The notes below the pieces were generated by a model. It was not told where the DNA came from and ran no database searches. It worked only from the letters and a program-made list of their open reading frames with translations. A program made the position numbers and the translations under genes. A stretch of 64,000 nt of DNA, from assembly GCA_963668645.2 (NCBI GenBank), contig CAXXWC010000021.1, positions 288,001 to 352,000 of the forward strand, written 5' to 3'. Shown here piece by piece: positions 29,087-42,335 of the stretch. Origin of the DNA: Desulfobacterales bacterium. Its GTDB lineage: Bacteria; Desulfobacterota; Desulfobacteria; Desulfobacterales; UBA2174. Within the stretch, counting starts at the first letter, position 1, and each line of letters opens with the position of its first letter.

Positions 29087-30379
29087 TCAGCGGCAGAACT
29101 GGCGGCCGGTGTTCTTCAGGGTGTGCTCGTCGCGCATGTAGTTGGGCGTGCTGGCGTTGCGCTGGATCGCGACGAAGCCTTCTGGCTCGTAGTCCTCGAA
29201 ATCGTAGGCCGGAGCCTGTTCCGGACCGGTCTGACGGCACAAATCGATATGCCGTTCGAGTTTGTCGATGGAAAAGGCGATCAGTTCCTTGAGAAAGCCA
29301 AAGGCATGGCGCATCTGGGTAAAGCCGTACTTTTTCATCAGGGCGTAGCCGTTGACGGCATCTTTTTCGGCCTGCAGCGACGGGTGTTCCTCATGGGTGG
29401 TGCAGGCGCTGTGGATCGAGGGCAGATCGAGACGCCGGTAGACCTGACTCAGCAGTAGGTTGGCCACGTTGTGCGATAGCAGCCCCAGGTCCACGGCGTA
29501 CTGCTTGTGGATACTGGCCACGGACGGCAGTCCGGCCGGCACAACCACGCTGCCCGGATTAACGATCTGAGCCAGGGTGATGCCGAACAAAGCCTCAGCA
29601 TGGGTCAAGGTCAGCAGCCCGGACATCGAATAGGGCGCCGAAAGCCCGGCCATCGGCATGGTCGACACGTAGAGCGGAATTCCCCGCCGAACGCAGTCCA
29701 GAAACGGCGGCAACATGCCGCCAATCACGTTCAACGGGCTGTTAATAATGGAAAACTGCACTGTGATCCCGCCCCGGGTGCGGTGGACGGCTCCGGCCCG
29801 CGCGAGGCCGTCCGGGGTCACGGCCGCCACGTAGATCGGCTTATGAAAATGTTTCACCATCGTGTCGATCACCTCCACCTCGCGGTTGCGCAGCAACACC
29901 CCGCGGGCCATGAAGACGACCTCATCGGCGGCATCGGCGATGCGGGCGATGCGCACCAGATGGTCCAGGGTCGGTTGGATCAGCTCTCCGGTAGCATCAT
30001 CGTGCACGAACGGCGCCGTGCCGCCGATGCCGAAGGCGTTGTCTCCGATCCAGTATTCGGACGCCTTGGGCACGCTCGCCAGGGCCTGCTCCACCAGGGG
30101 CGACAGGATGTAGATGTGACCGTTGGTCTCGTCGTATGCGGCCAGTCCGGTTTCTTCGAAAATCCGGCGCACCTCCGGATCGGGGCAGCGCACGCCCACT
30201 TCTTCCAGCACGCGCAGGGCATCTTCGTGAATCCTGGCAATCAGTGGAAAATCGCTCAGAGACGGCCGTTGATCGCCGGCCGCGGCGTTGATGGGAATCA
30301 CCCGGGCGCCGCGACCCTGGCCGTTACCTTGAGCCAAAACCCTGTTTTGTTCGGTGGCGGCATAAGCTGCAACGTTCAT
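29087..30379 (-). CDS. MttB-superfamily (non-pyrrolysine) corrinoid methyltransferase-like protein
   Basis: IHEDALRVLEEVGV, INSPL, MPMAGLSAP, AEALFGITLAQIVNPG, final EHTLKN; RBS AAGGA. Confidence 0.75.
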   Translation of the reverse strand: MNVAAYAATEQNRVLAQGNGQGRGARVIPINAAAGDQRPSLSDFPLIARIHEDALRVLEEVGVRCPDPEVRRIFEETGLAAYDETNGHIYILSPLVEQALASVPKASEYWIGDNAFGIGGTAPFVHDDATGELIQPTLDHLVRIARIADAADEVVFMARGVLLRNREVEVIDTMVKHFHKPIYVAAVTPDGLARAGAVHRTRGGITVQFSIINSPLNVIGGMLPPFLDCVRRGIPLYVSTMPMAGLSAPYSMSGLLTLTHAEALFGITLAQIVNPGSVVVPAGLPSVASIHKQYAVDLGLLSHNVANLLLSQVYRRLDLPSIHSACTTHEEHPSLQAEKDAVNGYALMKKYGFTQMRHAFGFLKELIAFSIDKLERHIDLCRQTGPEQAPAYDFEDYEPEGFVAIQRNASTPNYMRDEHTLKNTGRQFCR

Positions 30380-30451
30380 GATTACGTTCCTTTCTAGTTT
30401 GATCATTCAACACGGCCGTCCCGATTTGACCGCTGGATAACCCCGCACATG

Positions 30452-30467
30452 GCAACAGGCGTGCCAA
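30452..30467 (-). promoter_or_regulatory. Sigma54 (-24/-12) promoter for the mttB-like/gltS operon
   Basis: Minus strand reads TTGGCACGCCTGTTGC, a perfect TGGCACG-N4-TTGC. Confidence 0.88.
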
Positions 30468-30712
30468 AGTCCAAAAATTTTTAAGACATTGTTTTTTATG
30501 AATTATGTGGATTCGACAAAAATCGGAAACTGGGGCGAATATACCCCGGACAAGCTACAACATACTTATATTAAAGCCTATAACGTTGAATCGGGCCGTA
30601 GTGCCCTATCCGGTCGCCCAGGCCCCGTCTGAGGGGTAAAAATATCATCGGGACAGTGCCGGTCCGGCACAGGGCAGCGCTCCAACCCGGACCGTGGCGG
30701 CTCCAGGTCGGG

Positions 30713-33021
<2,309 letters not shown>

Positions 33022-33043
<22 letters not shown>

Positions 33044-33573
33044 TCGTTTTTCAACATCCCGTAGACGACCAGGTCCTCATACGCGTCACCCTTCTTGGCG
33101 TGCCGGCGCAGCATCCCTTCCCTGACCATCCCGATCTTCTGCATCACCCGGCCAGAAGCCGGATTGCGGGCAATATGGTTCGCGTGCACCCGGTGCAGCC
33201 CCAGAGGGCCAAAAGCGAAATCCAGCACGGTGCGCGCGGCCTCCGTGGCATAGCCGCACCCCCAAAAAGGGCGCCCGATCCAGTAGCCCAGTTCAGCCCG
33301 GTCGAAATCCGCCTCGATAATCAGCCCGACTGCGCCGATCAACTTCCCGCCGGTCGCCTCTACCACGGCGAAGATCGCCTCCTGCCGGCTCTCGTACTTG
33401 TCCTTGTGCCCTTCGATCCATTCCTCGGCCATCCCGTCTTCATAGGGGTACGGGATGTTAAGGGCGGTATCGGCCACTGCCCGGTCCCCGGCCAGCCGTT
33501 GTACGGCGCCGGCATCGCTGCTTTCGAAGGGCCGCAGGACGAGGCTTGCAGTGCGCAGTATCGGTTGTTCCAT
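33022..33573 (-). CDS. RimJ/RimL-family GNAT acetyltransferase
   Basis: LVLRPF, AELGYWIGRPFWGCGYATEA, NPASGRVMQKIGM. Confidence 0.9.
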
Positions 33574-33903
33574 TACATCCTTGGCATTCTTGCCGCTTCG
33601 GCAGGTATCGAACGACGGTTGTCCACAGTCTGCTGGTGATTGAACCGGATGTTGCCACAAGATCAATCCTGCATCCCTATAACGTGCCTGATCCGATCCA
33701 TCAACCGCCGGATGAGACCTTACAATAGCCTGCAAGTCTCGGTGAAGGCCCTCGGTCTGGCGGCCGGGATTGTCGGCGCCTTCGATGACCGAGAACTCGG
33801 CCGGATCTTGACCCTTTATTCTTCGTTTGGTGCTCTGGATAATCACGGGATTTAAACTTCCCGGCAAACCGCGCCTATCCTATTTTCATCCGCTTTAGAC
33901 ATG

Positions 33904-33968
33904 CGATATGTCGAAGTCATATCGATCTTCCATAGGTTTTCAAAGCGCATGTTCACAAAAAGTGAACA
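33904..33968. promoter_or_regulatory. Two perfect palindromes upstream of pta-ackA
   Basis: CGATATG-N7-CATATCG (33904-33924) and TGTTCAC-N5-GTGAACA (33950-33968). Confidence 0.45.
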
Positions 33969-34184
33969 ACGTTCATATGCTTGCCGGCAGGCCATCCGTT
34001 CGGCGATGAATTTTTCAATACCAGAACAATTTTTCTATAAAAGTTGATCTGCATACCATCAGGGTATACGGGTAACCCTAAATAATTGATGCTATCTGCT
34101 TGACGCTCGAGAAGCTGCGGCAGTTATGAAAGGTTTTGAAGATTCGTTTATGGATTAAAAACGAAAAAAAAGAAAGGAAGAAAA

Positions 34185-36302
34185 ATGGCCAAGTGTCTTT
34201 ACATCACCGCCTCCCAGGCCCGAAGTGGAAAATCCGCCCTGGTTCTTGGTATCATGCAGCTATTGCTGCGCGACATCCGCAAGGTTGGCTTCTTTCGGCC
34301 GATCATCAACCCCACCCGGTCGGACGGCAAGGATCACGACATCGATCTGGTTTTATCGCACTTCTATCTCGGCCTGCGCTACGAGGAAACCTATGCTTAC
34401 ACGATGGACGAGGCCAAGCAACTCATCAACGAGGGCAAGCAGGCCGAGTTGATGGAAACGATTCTGAGCCGCTACAAGCAGATGGAGGAGCAGTGTCAAT
34501 TCGTGCTTTGCGAGGGGACCGACTTTGCCGCTGGCAGCGAGGCCTTCGAGTTTGATGTTAACGCCATGATTGCCGCCAACCTTGGCTGTCCGGCCATGGT
34601 GATCGCCAACGCTCACCAGGCTTCGGTCGAGGAGGTGGTCAGCCAGACACAGCTGACGATGGACAACCTGCGCGAAAAAGGGGTCGATCTGCTCGGAGCC
34701 ATCGTCAACCGCGCCCAGCCCGATTCGGTGGAAGCGATTCTATCAACCCTGCGCAGCGGCATCGGCGCCAACAGTTGCCCCGAATGCCTGTTTTACGTGA
34801 TTCCGGAAATAAATCGGTTGGCGCTGCCCACCGTGCGCGACGTGCAAAAATGGCTCGGTGCCGAGATCCTTTACGGCCCCGAACACCTCGGCAATCTTAT
34901 CGAGGACTACGCCGTGGCGGCCATGCAGATGTCCAACTTTCTCAACTATATCAAAAAGAACAGCATGGTGGTGACCCCTGGCGACCGCACCGACATCATC
35001 CTGGCCTGCCTGGCCTCGCGCCTCTCGTCGGCGTACCCGGACATCTCGGGCGTGCTGCTTACCGGCGGGATGGCACCGCCTGAATCGGTCACCCGCCTGA
35101 TCGAGGGCTGGACCGGGATGCCGGTTCCGATCCTGCTTGTCAAAGAGACCACCTTTCCGACCACCTCGCGCCTCAGCCGGCTTTATGGGCGCATCGATTC
35201 GGGTGACACCAAAAAGATCGCCACAGCCCTGGGAGCCTTCGAGACTTACGTCGACCCCCAGGAATTGCAGCAGAAGCTCGTCACCCGCCGATCGGTACGC
35301 GTCACACCGCAGATGTTCGAATACGGTCTGATCCAGAAAGCAAAAAAACACAAGCAGCACATCGTTTTGCCTGAGGGGGTAGGCGAGCGTATCCTCACGG
35401 CCACCGACATCCTGCTGCGACGCAAGGTCTGCGATCTGACACTGCTCGGCCGCGAACAAGACGTGCGCGCCAGGATCACCAAGCTTGGGCTCGACTTCAA
35501 CGGCATCCAGATCATCGACCCGCTGCTCAGTCCATTGTTCGACGATTACGTCGAGACCTACTTCGAGATGCGCCGTAAAAAAGGCCTCACTCTGGAGCAG
35601 GCCCGCGACGCCATGGCCGACACCACCGTTTTCGGCACCATGATGGTCCACAAGGGCCACGCCGACGGGATGGTCTCCGGCTCGATCCACACCACGGCCC
35701 ACACCATCACCCCGGCCTTTCAGATCATCAAGACCCGCCCGGATGCCTCCATTGTCTCTTCGGTGATGCTCATGTGCCTGCGAGACCGGGTTCTGGTCTT
35801 CGGCGACTGCGCCGTCAACCCCAACCCCACCGCGGCGCAATTGGCCGAAATCGCAGCCGTCTCGGCCCACACAGCCCGGATCTTCGGCATCGAGCCGCGC
35901 GTGGCGATGCTCTCCTACTCCACGGGCAACTCGGGCCGCGGCGCCGACGTGGAAAAAGTCATCGAGGCCACGGCCATCGCCCGGGAAAAATATCCCGACC
36001 TGCTCCTGGACGGGCCGCTGCAGTACGATGCGGCCATCGATCCGGTGGTGGCCCAGACCAAGCTGCCCGACAGTAAGGTGGCCGGCCGCGCCACGGTCTT
36101 TATCTTTCCCGACCTGAACACCGGCAACAACACGCACAAGGCCGTGCAACGCACCTCGAACGAGGTGGTGGTTATCGGGCCGGTGCTCCAGGGGCTCAAC
36201 AAGCCGGTCAACGACCTGAGCCGGGGCTGCACCGTCCCGGATATCGTCAACACCGTCGCCATCACGGCGATCCAGGCCCAGGCCAGTCGGGGCCTGATCT
36301 GA
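34185..36302 (+). CDS. pta: Phosphate acetyltransferase, long form, copy 2
   Basis: Same motifs as copy 1; adjacent to ackA. Confidence 0.95.
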   Translation: MAKCLYITASQARSGKSALVLGIMQLLLRDIRKVGFFRPIINPTRSDGKDHDIDLVLSHFYLGLRYEETYAYTMDEAKQLINEGKQAELMETILSRYKQMEEQCQFVLCEGTDFAAGSEAFEFDVNAMIAANLGCPAMVIANAHQASVEEVVSQTQLTMDNLREKGVDLLGAIVNRAQPDSVEAILSTLRSGIGANSCPECLFYVIPEINRLALPTVRDVQKWLGAEILYGPEHLGNLIEDYAVAAMQMSNFLNYIKKNSMVVTPGDRTDIILACLASRLSSAYPDISGVLLTGGMAPPESVTRLIEGWTGMPVPILLVKETTFPTTSRLSRLYGRIDSGDTKKIATALGAFETYVDPQELQQKLVTRRSVRVTPQMFEYGLIQKAKKHKQHIVLPEGVGERILTATDILLRRKVCDLTLLGREQDVRARITKLGLDFNGIQIIDPLLSPLFDDYVETYFEMRRKKGLTLEQARDAMADTTVFGTMMVHKGHADGMVSGSIHTTAHTITPAFQIIKTRPDASIVSSVMLMCLRDRVLVFGDCAVNPNPTAAQLAEIAAVSAHTARIFGIEPRVAMLSYSTGNSGRGADVEKVIEATAIAREKYPDLLLDGPLQYDAAIDPVVAQTKLPDSKVAGRATVFIFPDLNTGNNTHKAVQRTSNEVVVIGPVLQGLNKPVNDLSRGCTVPDIVNTVAITAIQAQASRGLI

Positions 36303-36316
36303 GGAGATCATTTGTC

Positions 36317-37525
36317 ATGAAAGTCTTTGTCGTCAACGCAGGCAGCTCTTCGCTCAAATACCAACTGCTCGACATGAGCACGGAAAAAGTGTTGGCTACC
36401 GGCCTGGTGGAGCGCATCGGCGAAGCCCGCGGCCGGGTGACCCACAAGCGTTTTCCGGGCAGCGAGACCGAAAAGAAGATCGTGGCCGACGAGGCTTTTG
36501 CCAACCACAAGGTGGCCATGCACCGGGTCATCGCCCTGATCACCGATCCGGACACCGGGGTAATCGCGGAAAAGTCCGAGATAGACGCCATCGGCCACCG
36601 CATGGTCCAGGGCGGCGAAGCCTTTAACCGTTCCATCGTCATCGACACGGCGGTCAAGGATGCCGTGCGGGCCAACATCCCGCTGGCGCCGCTGCACAAT
36701 CCGGCCAACTTGGTGGGGGTGGAGGTCTCCGAGGCCCTGTTCAATGGCAAGCCCAACGTGGCGGTCTTCGACACCGAGTTCCACCATACCATGCCGCCGC
36801 ACGCCTTTCTCTACGCACTGCCCTACAGTTACTACAAGGAGCTGCGCATCCGGCGTTACGGGTACCACGGCACCTCGCACAAGTACGTCGCTGGAAAGGC
36901 GGCGGAGCTGATGGGCCGCAGGCCGGAGGAGACCAACCTGATCACGGTCCATCTGGGCAACGGCTGTTCCATGGCGGCCGTTGCCGGCGGTCGCTGTGTG
37001 GACACCTCTCTGGGCATGACCCCGCTGGCCGGGTTGATCATGGGGACCCGTTGCGGGGACATCGACCCGGCCATCATCGCCTACATCGCAGAACAGAAAG
37101 GGATGAGTGTCGGCGAGATCGACACCCTGCTCAACAAGGAAAGCGGGCTGAAGGGGATCTGCGGGGCCAACGACATGCGCGACATCCATGCCCGCGAAGA
37201 GGCCGGCGATCCCATGGCCCGACTGGCTCTGGAAATGTTCGCCTACCGGGTGAAGAAATACATCGGCGCCTACACGGCGGTGCTGGGCCGGGTCGATGCG
37301 GTGATCTTCACTGCCGGAATCGGCGAGAACGATGCCGCCATCCGGGCCATGATCTGCAGCGATTTGCAAGGGCTGGGGATCTGTCTGGATCTTGACCAGA
37401 ACCTTGCCCCAAACGGCACGGCGCGCCCGATCCACGCCGCCGACAGCCGGGTGCAGGTGTGGGTGATTCCCACCAACGAGGAACTGCAGATCGCTCGGGA
37501 CACCGTGGCGGCCGTCAAGGCCTGA
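36317..37525 (+). CDS. ackA: Acetate kinase
   Basis: VNAGSSSLKYQL, APLHNPAN, YGYHGTSH, HLGNG, FTAGIGEN, IPTNEEL. Confidence 0.97.
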   Translation: MKVFVVNAGSSSLKYQLLDMSTEKVLATGLVERIGEARGRVTHKRFPGSETEKKIVADEAFANHKVAMHRVIALITDPDTGVIAEKSEIDAIGHRMVQGGEAFNRSIVIDTAVKDAVRANIPLAPLHNPANLVGVEVSEALFNGKPNVAVFDTEFHHTMPPHAFLYALPYSYYKELRIRRYGYHGTSHKYVAGKAAELMGRRPEETNLITVHLGNGCSMAAVAGGRCVDTSLGMTPLAGLIMGTRCGDIDPAIIAYIAEQKGMSVGEIDTLLNKESGLKGICGANDMRDIHAREEAGDPMARLALEMFAYRVKKYIGAYTAVLGRVDAVIFTAGIGENDAAIRAMICSDLQGLGICLDLDQNLAPNGTARPIHAADSRVQVWVIPTNEELQIARDTVAAVKA

Positions 37526-37695
37526 CAGCTTTTTTTCATAAAAACCGCAGATTGGTGCCGGTGGATCGTTTGTCCGCTGGCGCCGGTCTGCGGCTTCCTC
37601 TTCCCGTCAAGGGATTCGATCTGCTCCAGGCCGCGGATCATGCCGTCTCAGGCCGTGCCCTACACCTGTTGCATTTTCATGCTTGCGGGCCAATC

Positions 37696-38997
37696 TTAGC
37701 CACACCCGATCTTGATCAATCTCCGTTTGCTGAAAACGAATTCCGCCAGAAGAATCACGCCATAGGCGCTTAAAATCCATCCCAGGCCGTGGCCCGCCGT
37801 CCTGTAAAGGTAGGTGACCAGCACAAGCAGGGAAGCGAGGCAAAGCGCCAACGCGAGCAGTGGCGGAACCGGATGGATCCCGATTCGCCGGCGCAGCCTG
37901 AAAGCTGCAAGATTGATGGAGGCGAACACCAGCAGGAAGGTGGCGCTGGCAAATGAGGAGATGATGGTCAGATCCGTGGTGTTCACAAAGACGATGGCAA
38001 CCGCCGTGATGACGATCAGACTCACGAAGGGGATATCCTTGGTGCGCTCCTTATGGGAAAAGAGTTTTGGCACCGCTTTTTCCTGCGCCATGACGAAACC
38101 CAACCGAGCCGTGCTGAACAGGGTTGCGTTGATCGCAGAGGCGGTGGACAGAAGCGCCCCCAGACCGATCAGTGAAAATCCGGCATGCCCGAGAAAAGGT
38201 TTTGCCGCCACGGCCAGGGCGTATTCCTTGTAGCGATTGATTTCGCCGGGCAGCAGATTGCCCACGGCGACAAGGGAAACGAGAATATAAATGAGGGTCG
38301 TAATGACGATTGAAATCAGGATTGCCAACCCGAGATCATGGTTGGCATCTCTCATCTCCTTTGTGGCATTGGGAATCAGCTCAAATCCCTCGTAGGCGAC
38401 AAAAATCAGGGCCGCGCCCATCAGCACGCCGGAGCCGTGGGTGTTGAAAACCGGCAGAATATGATCGGACTTGACATAAAAAAGTCCCACAACGGCAAAC
38501 AGAGAAAGGATCAGGACCTTTACCAGAACAAGGACGTCTTCGGCACCCCCTGACGCTTTGACTCCGTAAAGGTTCACCCCTAAGAATGTCAACAGCACCC
38601 CGGAGGCCAGTACATGGACCATGGCCGAATTCATTTCAGCGCTTCCGAGCAAGGCGCTGCCGTAAACACCGAAAGTGTACGCATAGAGGCCAAGGGTACC
38701 GACATAGCCTACCAGTAGCAGCCATCCACCGATGCCGGCGATGTTGACATGGGAAAAGGCATGCTCCAGGTAGGTAAAGCTTCCGCCGTCCGAATGGTAT
38801 GCCAGTCCCAACCGGATGTAGCTCCATCCGGTCAGCATGGCGACCAGGCCGCCCAGGGCGAATGCAACCGGCGCCGCGTGCCCGGCGACACTCACCGAAA
38901 GGCCGAGCACGGAAAAGATCCCGCCCCCGACCATGCCGCCGATACCCATGGCGACCAGTTCCTTCAACCCCAGCTTATCTTTTTGCTGCTGCGCCAC
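37696..38997 (-). CDS. APC-family amino acid permease
   Basis: GIGGMVGGGIF, GGSFTY, FVAYEGFE; ~12 TM segments. Confidence 0.88.
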   Translation of the reverse strand: MAQQQKDKLGLKELVAMGIGGMVGGGIFSVLGLSVSVAGHAAPVAFALGGLVAMLTGWSYIRLGLAYHSDGGSFTYLEHAFSHVNIAGIGGWLLLVGYVGTLGLYAYTFGVYGSALLGSAEMNSAMVHVLASGVLLTFLGVNLYGVKASGGAEDVLVLVKVLILSLFAVVGLFYVKSDHILPVFNTHGSGVLMGAALIFVAYEGFELIPNATKEMRDANHDLGLAILISIVITTLIYILVSLVAVGNLLPGEINRYKEYALAVAAKPFLGHAGFSLIGLGALLSTASAINATLFSTARLGFVMAQEKAVPKLFSHKERTKDIPFVSLIVITAVAIVFVNTTDLTIISSFASATFLLVFASINLAAFRLRRRIGIHPVPPLLALALCLASLLVLVTYLYRTAGHGLGWILSAYGVILLAEFVFSKRRLIKIGCG

Positions 38998-39047
38998 CAG
39001 GCAGATCCCCTCCGATCATGATAATTTATTTTTGTAAAAAGGGTTTC

Positions 39048-39770
39048 TCATCCCTGCCCCTTCTCTTTTTTTCCATAAGGGCAGGCATACAGGCACAATC
39101 CACATATCGCGGTTTCAGGATCTTTCTCTTTCATTCTGGAAAGATATCGATCGCATTTTCCAGCATCGAAACGCGATTCGCGCGGTTCATCTTCATGGAA
39201 TGGCTGCCCGCTAAAACCTCTGACCGGACAAATATCCACACAAGCATGGCAATCACCGCAACGTTCTTCAATCGGCCCGCCGGTGGCTTCTATAGGGGCA
39301 TCGGTCAACACAGTGGCCCAGCGCACCCGGGGTCCCATTTGCGGCGTGATCAGAAGGCAGTTCTTGCCGATCCAGCCCAGACCGGCCATGTGAGCCCCTA
39401 ATTTGTGTGAAAAGGCACCGCAAATCCGTTCGTCGTCCACTCGCTTCGAGGCGGCAATGGGGTAAGCCATGAACCCTTCCCGCTGCAAAACACTGGCAAG
39501 GCGTGAAACGAGCTGATCGAGTCGTGCATTGATCACCTCGTAGCAATGGGTCTGATAACTGGCTGCCACAGACCGCTCCGGTCGCCTGTAAATCTGGTCC
39601 ACAATCGGATGAAACAGGCCGATTCCGACTGAAATGGAGCGCGGAAGCCCGGCAATTTCAGCCCCGCCCTGTTCGTAAATGGCATTGTGGGCCGGGGTCA
39701 GATCCGCGATGCCGAAATAGTCCGCTCCCCAACCCAGGGCTGAATGGAGTAATTGTTTTTCCATACCCAT
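39048..39770 (-). CDS. QueG/reductive dehalogenase-like 4Fe-4S (probable cobalamin-binding) protein
   Basis: FSHK..AGLGWIGKN..LIT..GPRVRW..VLTD, CxxCxxCxxxCP, C-terminal CGLC...CP. Confidence 0.8.
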   Translation of the reverse strand: MGMEKQLLHSALGWGADYFGIADLTPAHNAIYEQGGAEIAGLPRSISVGIGLFHPIVDQIYRRPERSVAASYQTHCYEVINARLDQLVSRLASVLQREGFMAYPIAASKRVDDERICGAFSHKLGAHMAGLGWIGKNCLLITPQMGPRVRWATVLTDAPIEATGGPIEERCGDCHACVDICPVRGFSGQPFHEDEPRESRFDAGKCDRYLSRMKEKDPETAICGLCLYACPYGKKEKGQG

Positions 39771-39830
39771 CTGATCTTTCCTTTCGTGCCTGCTTGACTT
39801 CATCAGATCTATTCGATCGGAATTTAAAAA

Positions 39831-40535
39831 TCATTCCTCCGTTTTGTCTTGTTGCGGATAAATGAATTCATACTCGTCCGGAAAATTATTTTTCATACAA
39901 TCCGGGCATATACTGTGGCTGATATCTGCCTCCGAGTGTTCTTTGATATAGATATCGACCTGCTGCCAATAACCTCTATCATCCCTTACTTTTTTACAAA
40001 AAGAGCATATGGGCAAGATTCCTCTTAAAGTCCTGATCTCCGCCAATGAATCTCTAAGCCTCTGGATAAGCTCCTCTCGTTCTTTTTCTGATTTTTTCCT
40101 ATGGCTGATGTCTCTGCATATACAAAATATCAACTTCTGTCCTCTGTATACAGCGCCATTGTTACTGAGTTCCACATCTATGTGACTACCATCTTTGCGG
40201 CGATGTTGTGTCTCAAAATGTTGACCGGAATCATTTACAGAGTCAATCATTTCCGAAATCTGTTCCTTGGTAAAGTGAGCATCCCAGTCCCATACATGAA
40301 GCTGACACACTTCCTCTTTCGAGTAACCGAGCATGTCGGCAAACCGCTGATTCACATCAAAAACCCTTGCGTTTTGGTCCAGCACAACGATAGAATCCCT
40401 TGATTCCTCAACCAGAAGACGCCGCCAGTTGATTTCATCTTTCAGCATCATATCTGTTTTGGTGAGTTCTTGTTCAATTGCTTCCAATTCAATAACTCTT
40501 TTTTCCAGCTCTTCAAAAGTCAGTTTTTTATTCAC
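39831..40535 (-). CDS. PAS domain protein with Cys/His tail
   Basis: PAS (HRRKDGS..VE) plus LPICSFCKKVRDD..W..SHSICPDC; AT-rich. Confidence 0.8.
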   Translation of the reverse strand: MNKKLTFEELEKRVIELEAIEQELTKTDMMLKDEINWRRLLVEESRDSIVVLDQNARVFDVNQRFADMLGYSKEEVCQLHVWDWDAHFTKEQISEMIDSVNDSGQHFETQHRRKDGSHIDVELSNNGAVYRGQKLIFCICRDISHRKKSEKEREELIQRLRDSLAEIRTLRGILPICSFCKKVRDDRGYWQQVDIYIKEHSEADISHSICPDCMKNNFPDEYEFIYPQQDKTEE

Positions 40536-40655
40536 TGATAACCTCTATTTCGGTCGTCAATATCACTCCCTACTTCTTTAGCATAATGACAATAATATCA
40601 CCAAACAAAGATGATGATAAAGTTTCTATAAAATTGCATAAAGCTATTTATTAGC

Positions 40656-41219
40656 TCAAAGAACTTGACTGTTAAAGCAAAGAACAACATCGTTATCCTT
40701 TACTTCATAAATTGCAACGCCACTGTGCATATTATCGATCAATGCTTTGTATCGAGCCTCGCTCTTTCGAAGCCGTTCATCAGCATGCTTTTTTTCAGTG
40801 ACGTCACGAATTGCATAAAGAACGGTTCCACTATCAATGCTTACCCGTACTATATTAATGAGCAAAAATCTGGAATTTCCATGCTTATCAATTACATTCC
40901 ACTCGACATTCTGGATTCGTCCGGCTTTTTCCAGATCACAAATCTCACAAATCGTCCCACCCATTAGCTTTTGAATGGTTTTAAAACCACACACTTCATC
41001 ATGGGAGAATCCGAAAACATCTCCCGTACTAGGAAGAACATTAACGAGGTTTCCTCGATCATCAGCAATGACTATAGTATCGGAAATATTTTCCAAAACA
41101 AGTCGGCACATATTTTCACAATGATTGAAGATAAAATTGGTTTCCTTTAGACTATCTTGCCGATTCCGGGAATCTTTGAGTCGCCGCTCTAGTTCTTCAT
41201 ATGTAGGTTTTTGATCCAT
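40656..41219 (-). pseudogene. Truncated PAS sensor
   Basis: One PAS domain, then a stop shortly after a second PAS begins (LIDNMHSGVAIYE); AT-rich. Confidence 0.5.
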
Positions 41220-41549
41220 GATGTCATCCGCTAAATCCTGGCATTAAAATTCAACCATACCTGCATTCTCGATAAAACACAGACCTGATTAAATGTTCAA
41301 AATACCCGCACCCGAGGGTTTCAAATTCTTTATGAACACCGGTTCCCGGTCAGCCTTTATCATGATTCGATTATGAACTTACCACCAAAACTTTAAAAAA
41401 GTCAAATAATATCAACACCATGATAATAAAAGAAATTTATTCCAGCCTTCAAATAGCTCGGATAGAAAAAGCACACGGGTGCATAGGCCCATGATGACAA
41501 CGGCGTTAAATGACATGAAGACGCCGGCATCGACTGCCGGCGCAAATAA

Positions 41550-42335
41550 CTATAGCGTGGGTGGCGGGCCGCTGACGATGTGGGCAAATGCGCTGTGGTT
41601 GTGGATGGATTCGAAGTTTTCCGCAGAAACGGAAAACCATGTGATGTTGGTATCTTCGCGCAGCACCGCAGCGATGTCGCGCACGATGTCCTCGACGAAC
41701 TTAGGATTGGTAAAGCCTTTTTCAGTCACATGCTTTTCATCTACGCGTTTGAGCACCGAAAAAACGTCGCATGAGGCGGCCGATTCCACCAGGTCGATCA
41801 TGTCCTCGATCCAGATAAACTTCCTGAAGCGGGCCTGGAGCTTGACCTGCCCGCGCTGGTTGTGGGCGCCGCCATTGCTGATTTCCTTGGAGCAAGGGCA
41901 GACAGAGGAAATCGGCACGATGACTTCCAGCACCAGATCGGTCTTATTGGCGTGATTGTTCGATCCCAGAAAACGGCAGTCGTAGTCCATCATTCCGGGA
42001 GCCTGACTGACAGGGGCGTGTTTTTTGATAAAATACGGAAAGGCCACCTCTATGTGGGCCGAGGCGGCATTGAGATGTTCCTTCATTCGTTCGAGCAGCT
42101 CGGTGATCCCCTTGAGCGACACTTCGGGCCGGAAAAGGTGTAGCATCTCCACGAAGCGGCTCATGTGGGTCCCTTTGTAGCGCTCGGGCAGGTCCACATA
42201 CATGTTGATGGTCGCCACGGTGTGCTGGGAGCCGTTTTTGCGGTCTAGGACCCGGATCGGATAGCGCAGATTCTTGATCCCCACTTTGTCGATGGGCAGG
42301 TTGCGATCGTCGCGTTCGTTCTGGACGTCTTTCAT
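41550..42335 (-). CDS. folE2: GTP cyclohydrolase IB
   Basis: KGTHMSRF, CPCSKEIS, AHNQR, PKFVED, ESIHNH. Confidence 0.95.
   Translation of the reverse strand: MKDVQNERDDRNLPIDKVGIKNLRYPIRVLDRKNGSQHTVATINMYVDLPERYKGTHMSRFVEMLHLFRPEVSLKGITELLERMKEHLNAASAHIEVAFPYFIKKHAPVSQAPGMMDYDCRFLGSNNHANKTDLVLEVIVPISSVCPCSKEISNGGAHNQRGQVKLQARFRKFIWIEDMIDLVESAASCDVFSVLKRVDEKHVTEKGFTNPKFVEDIVRDIAAVLREDTNITWFSVSAENFESIHNHSAFAHIVSGPPPTL

Noticed and set aside
29087..30379. Pyrrolysine recoding in the MttB-like gene
   Set aside because: The ORF is uninterrupted, with no in-frame TAG.
34044..34058. FNR/CRP-like site TTGATCTGCATACCA
   Set aside because: Only one half-site matches TTGAT-N4-ATCAA.
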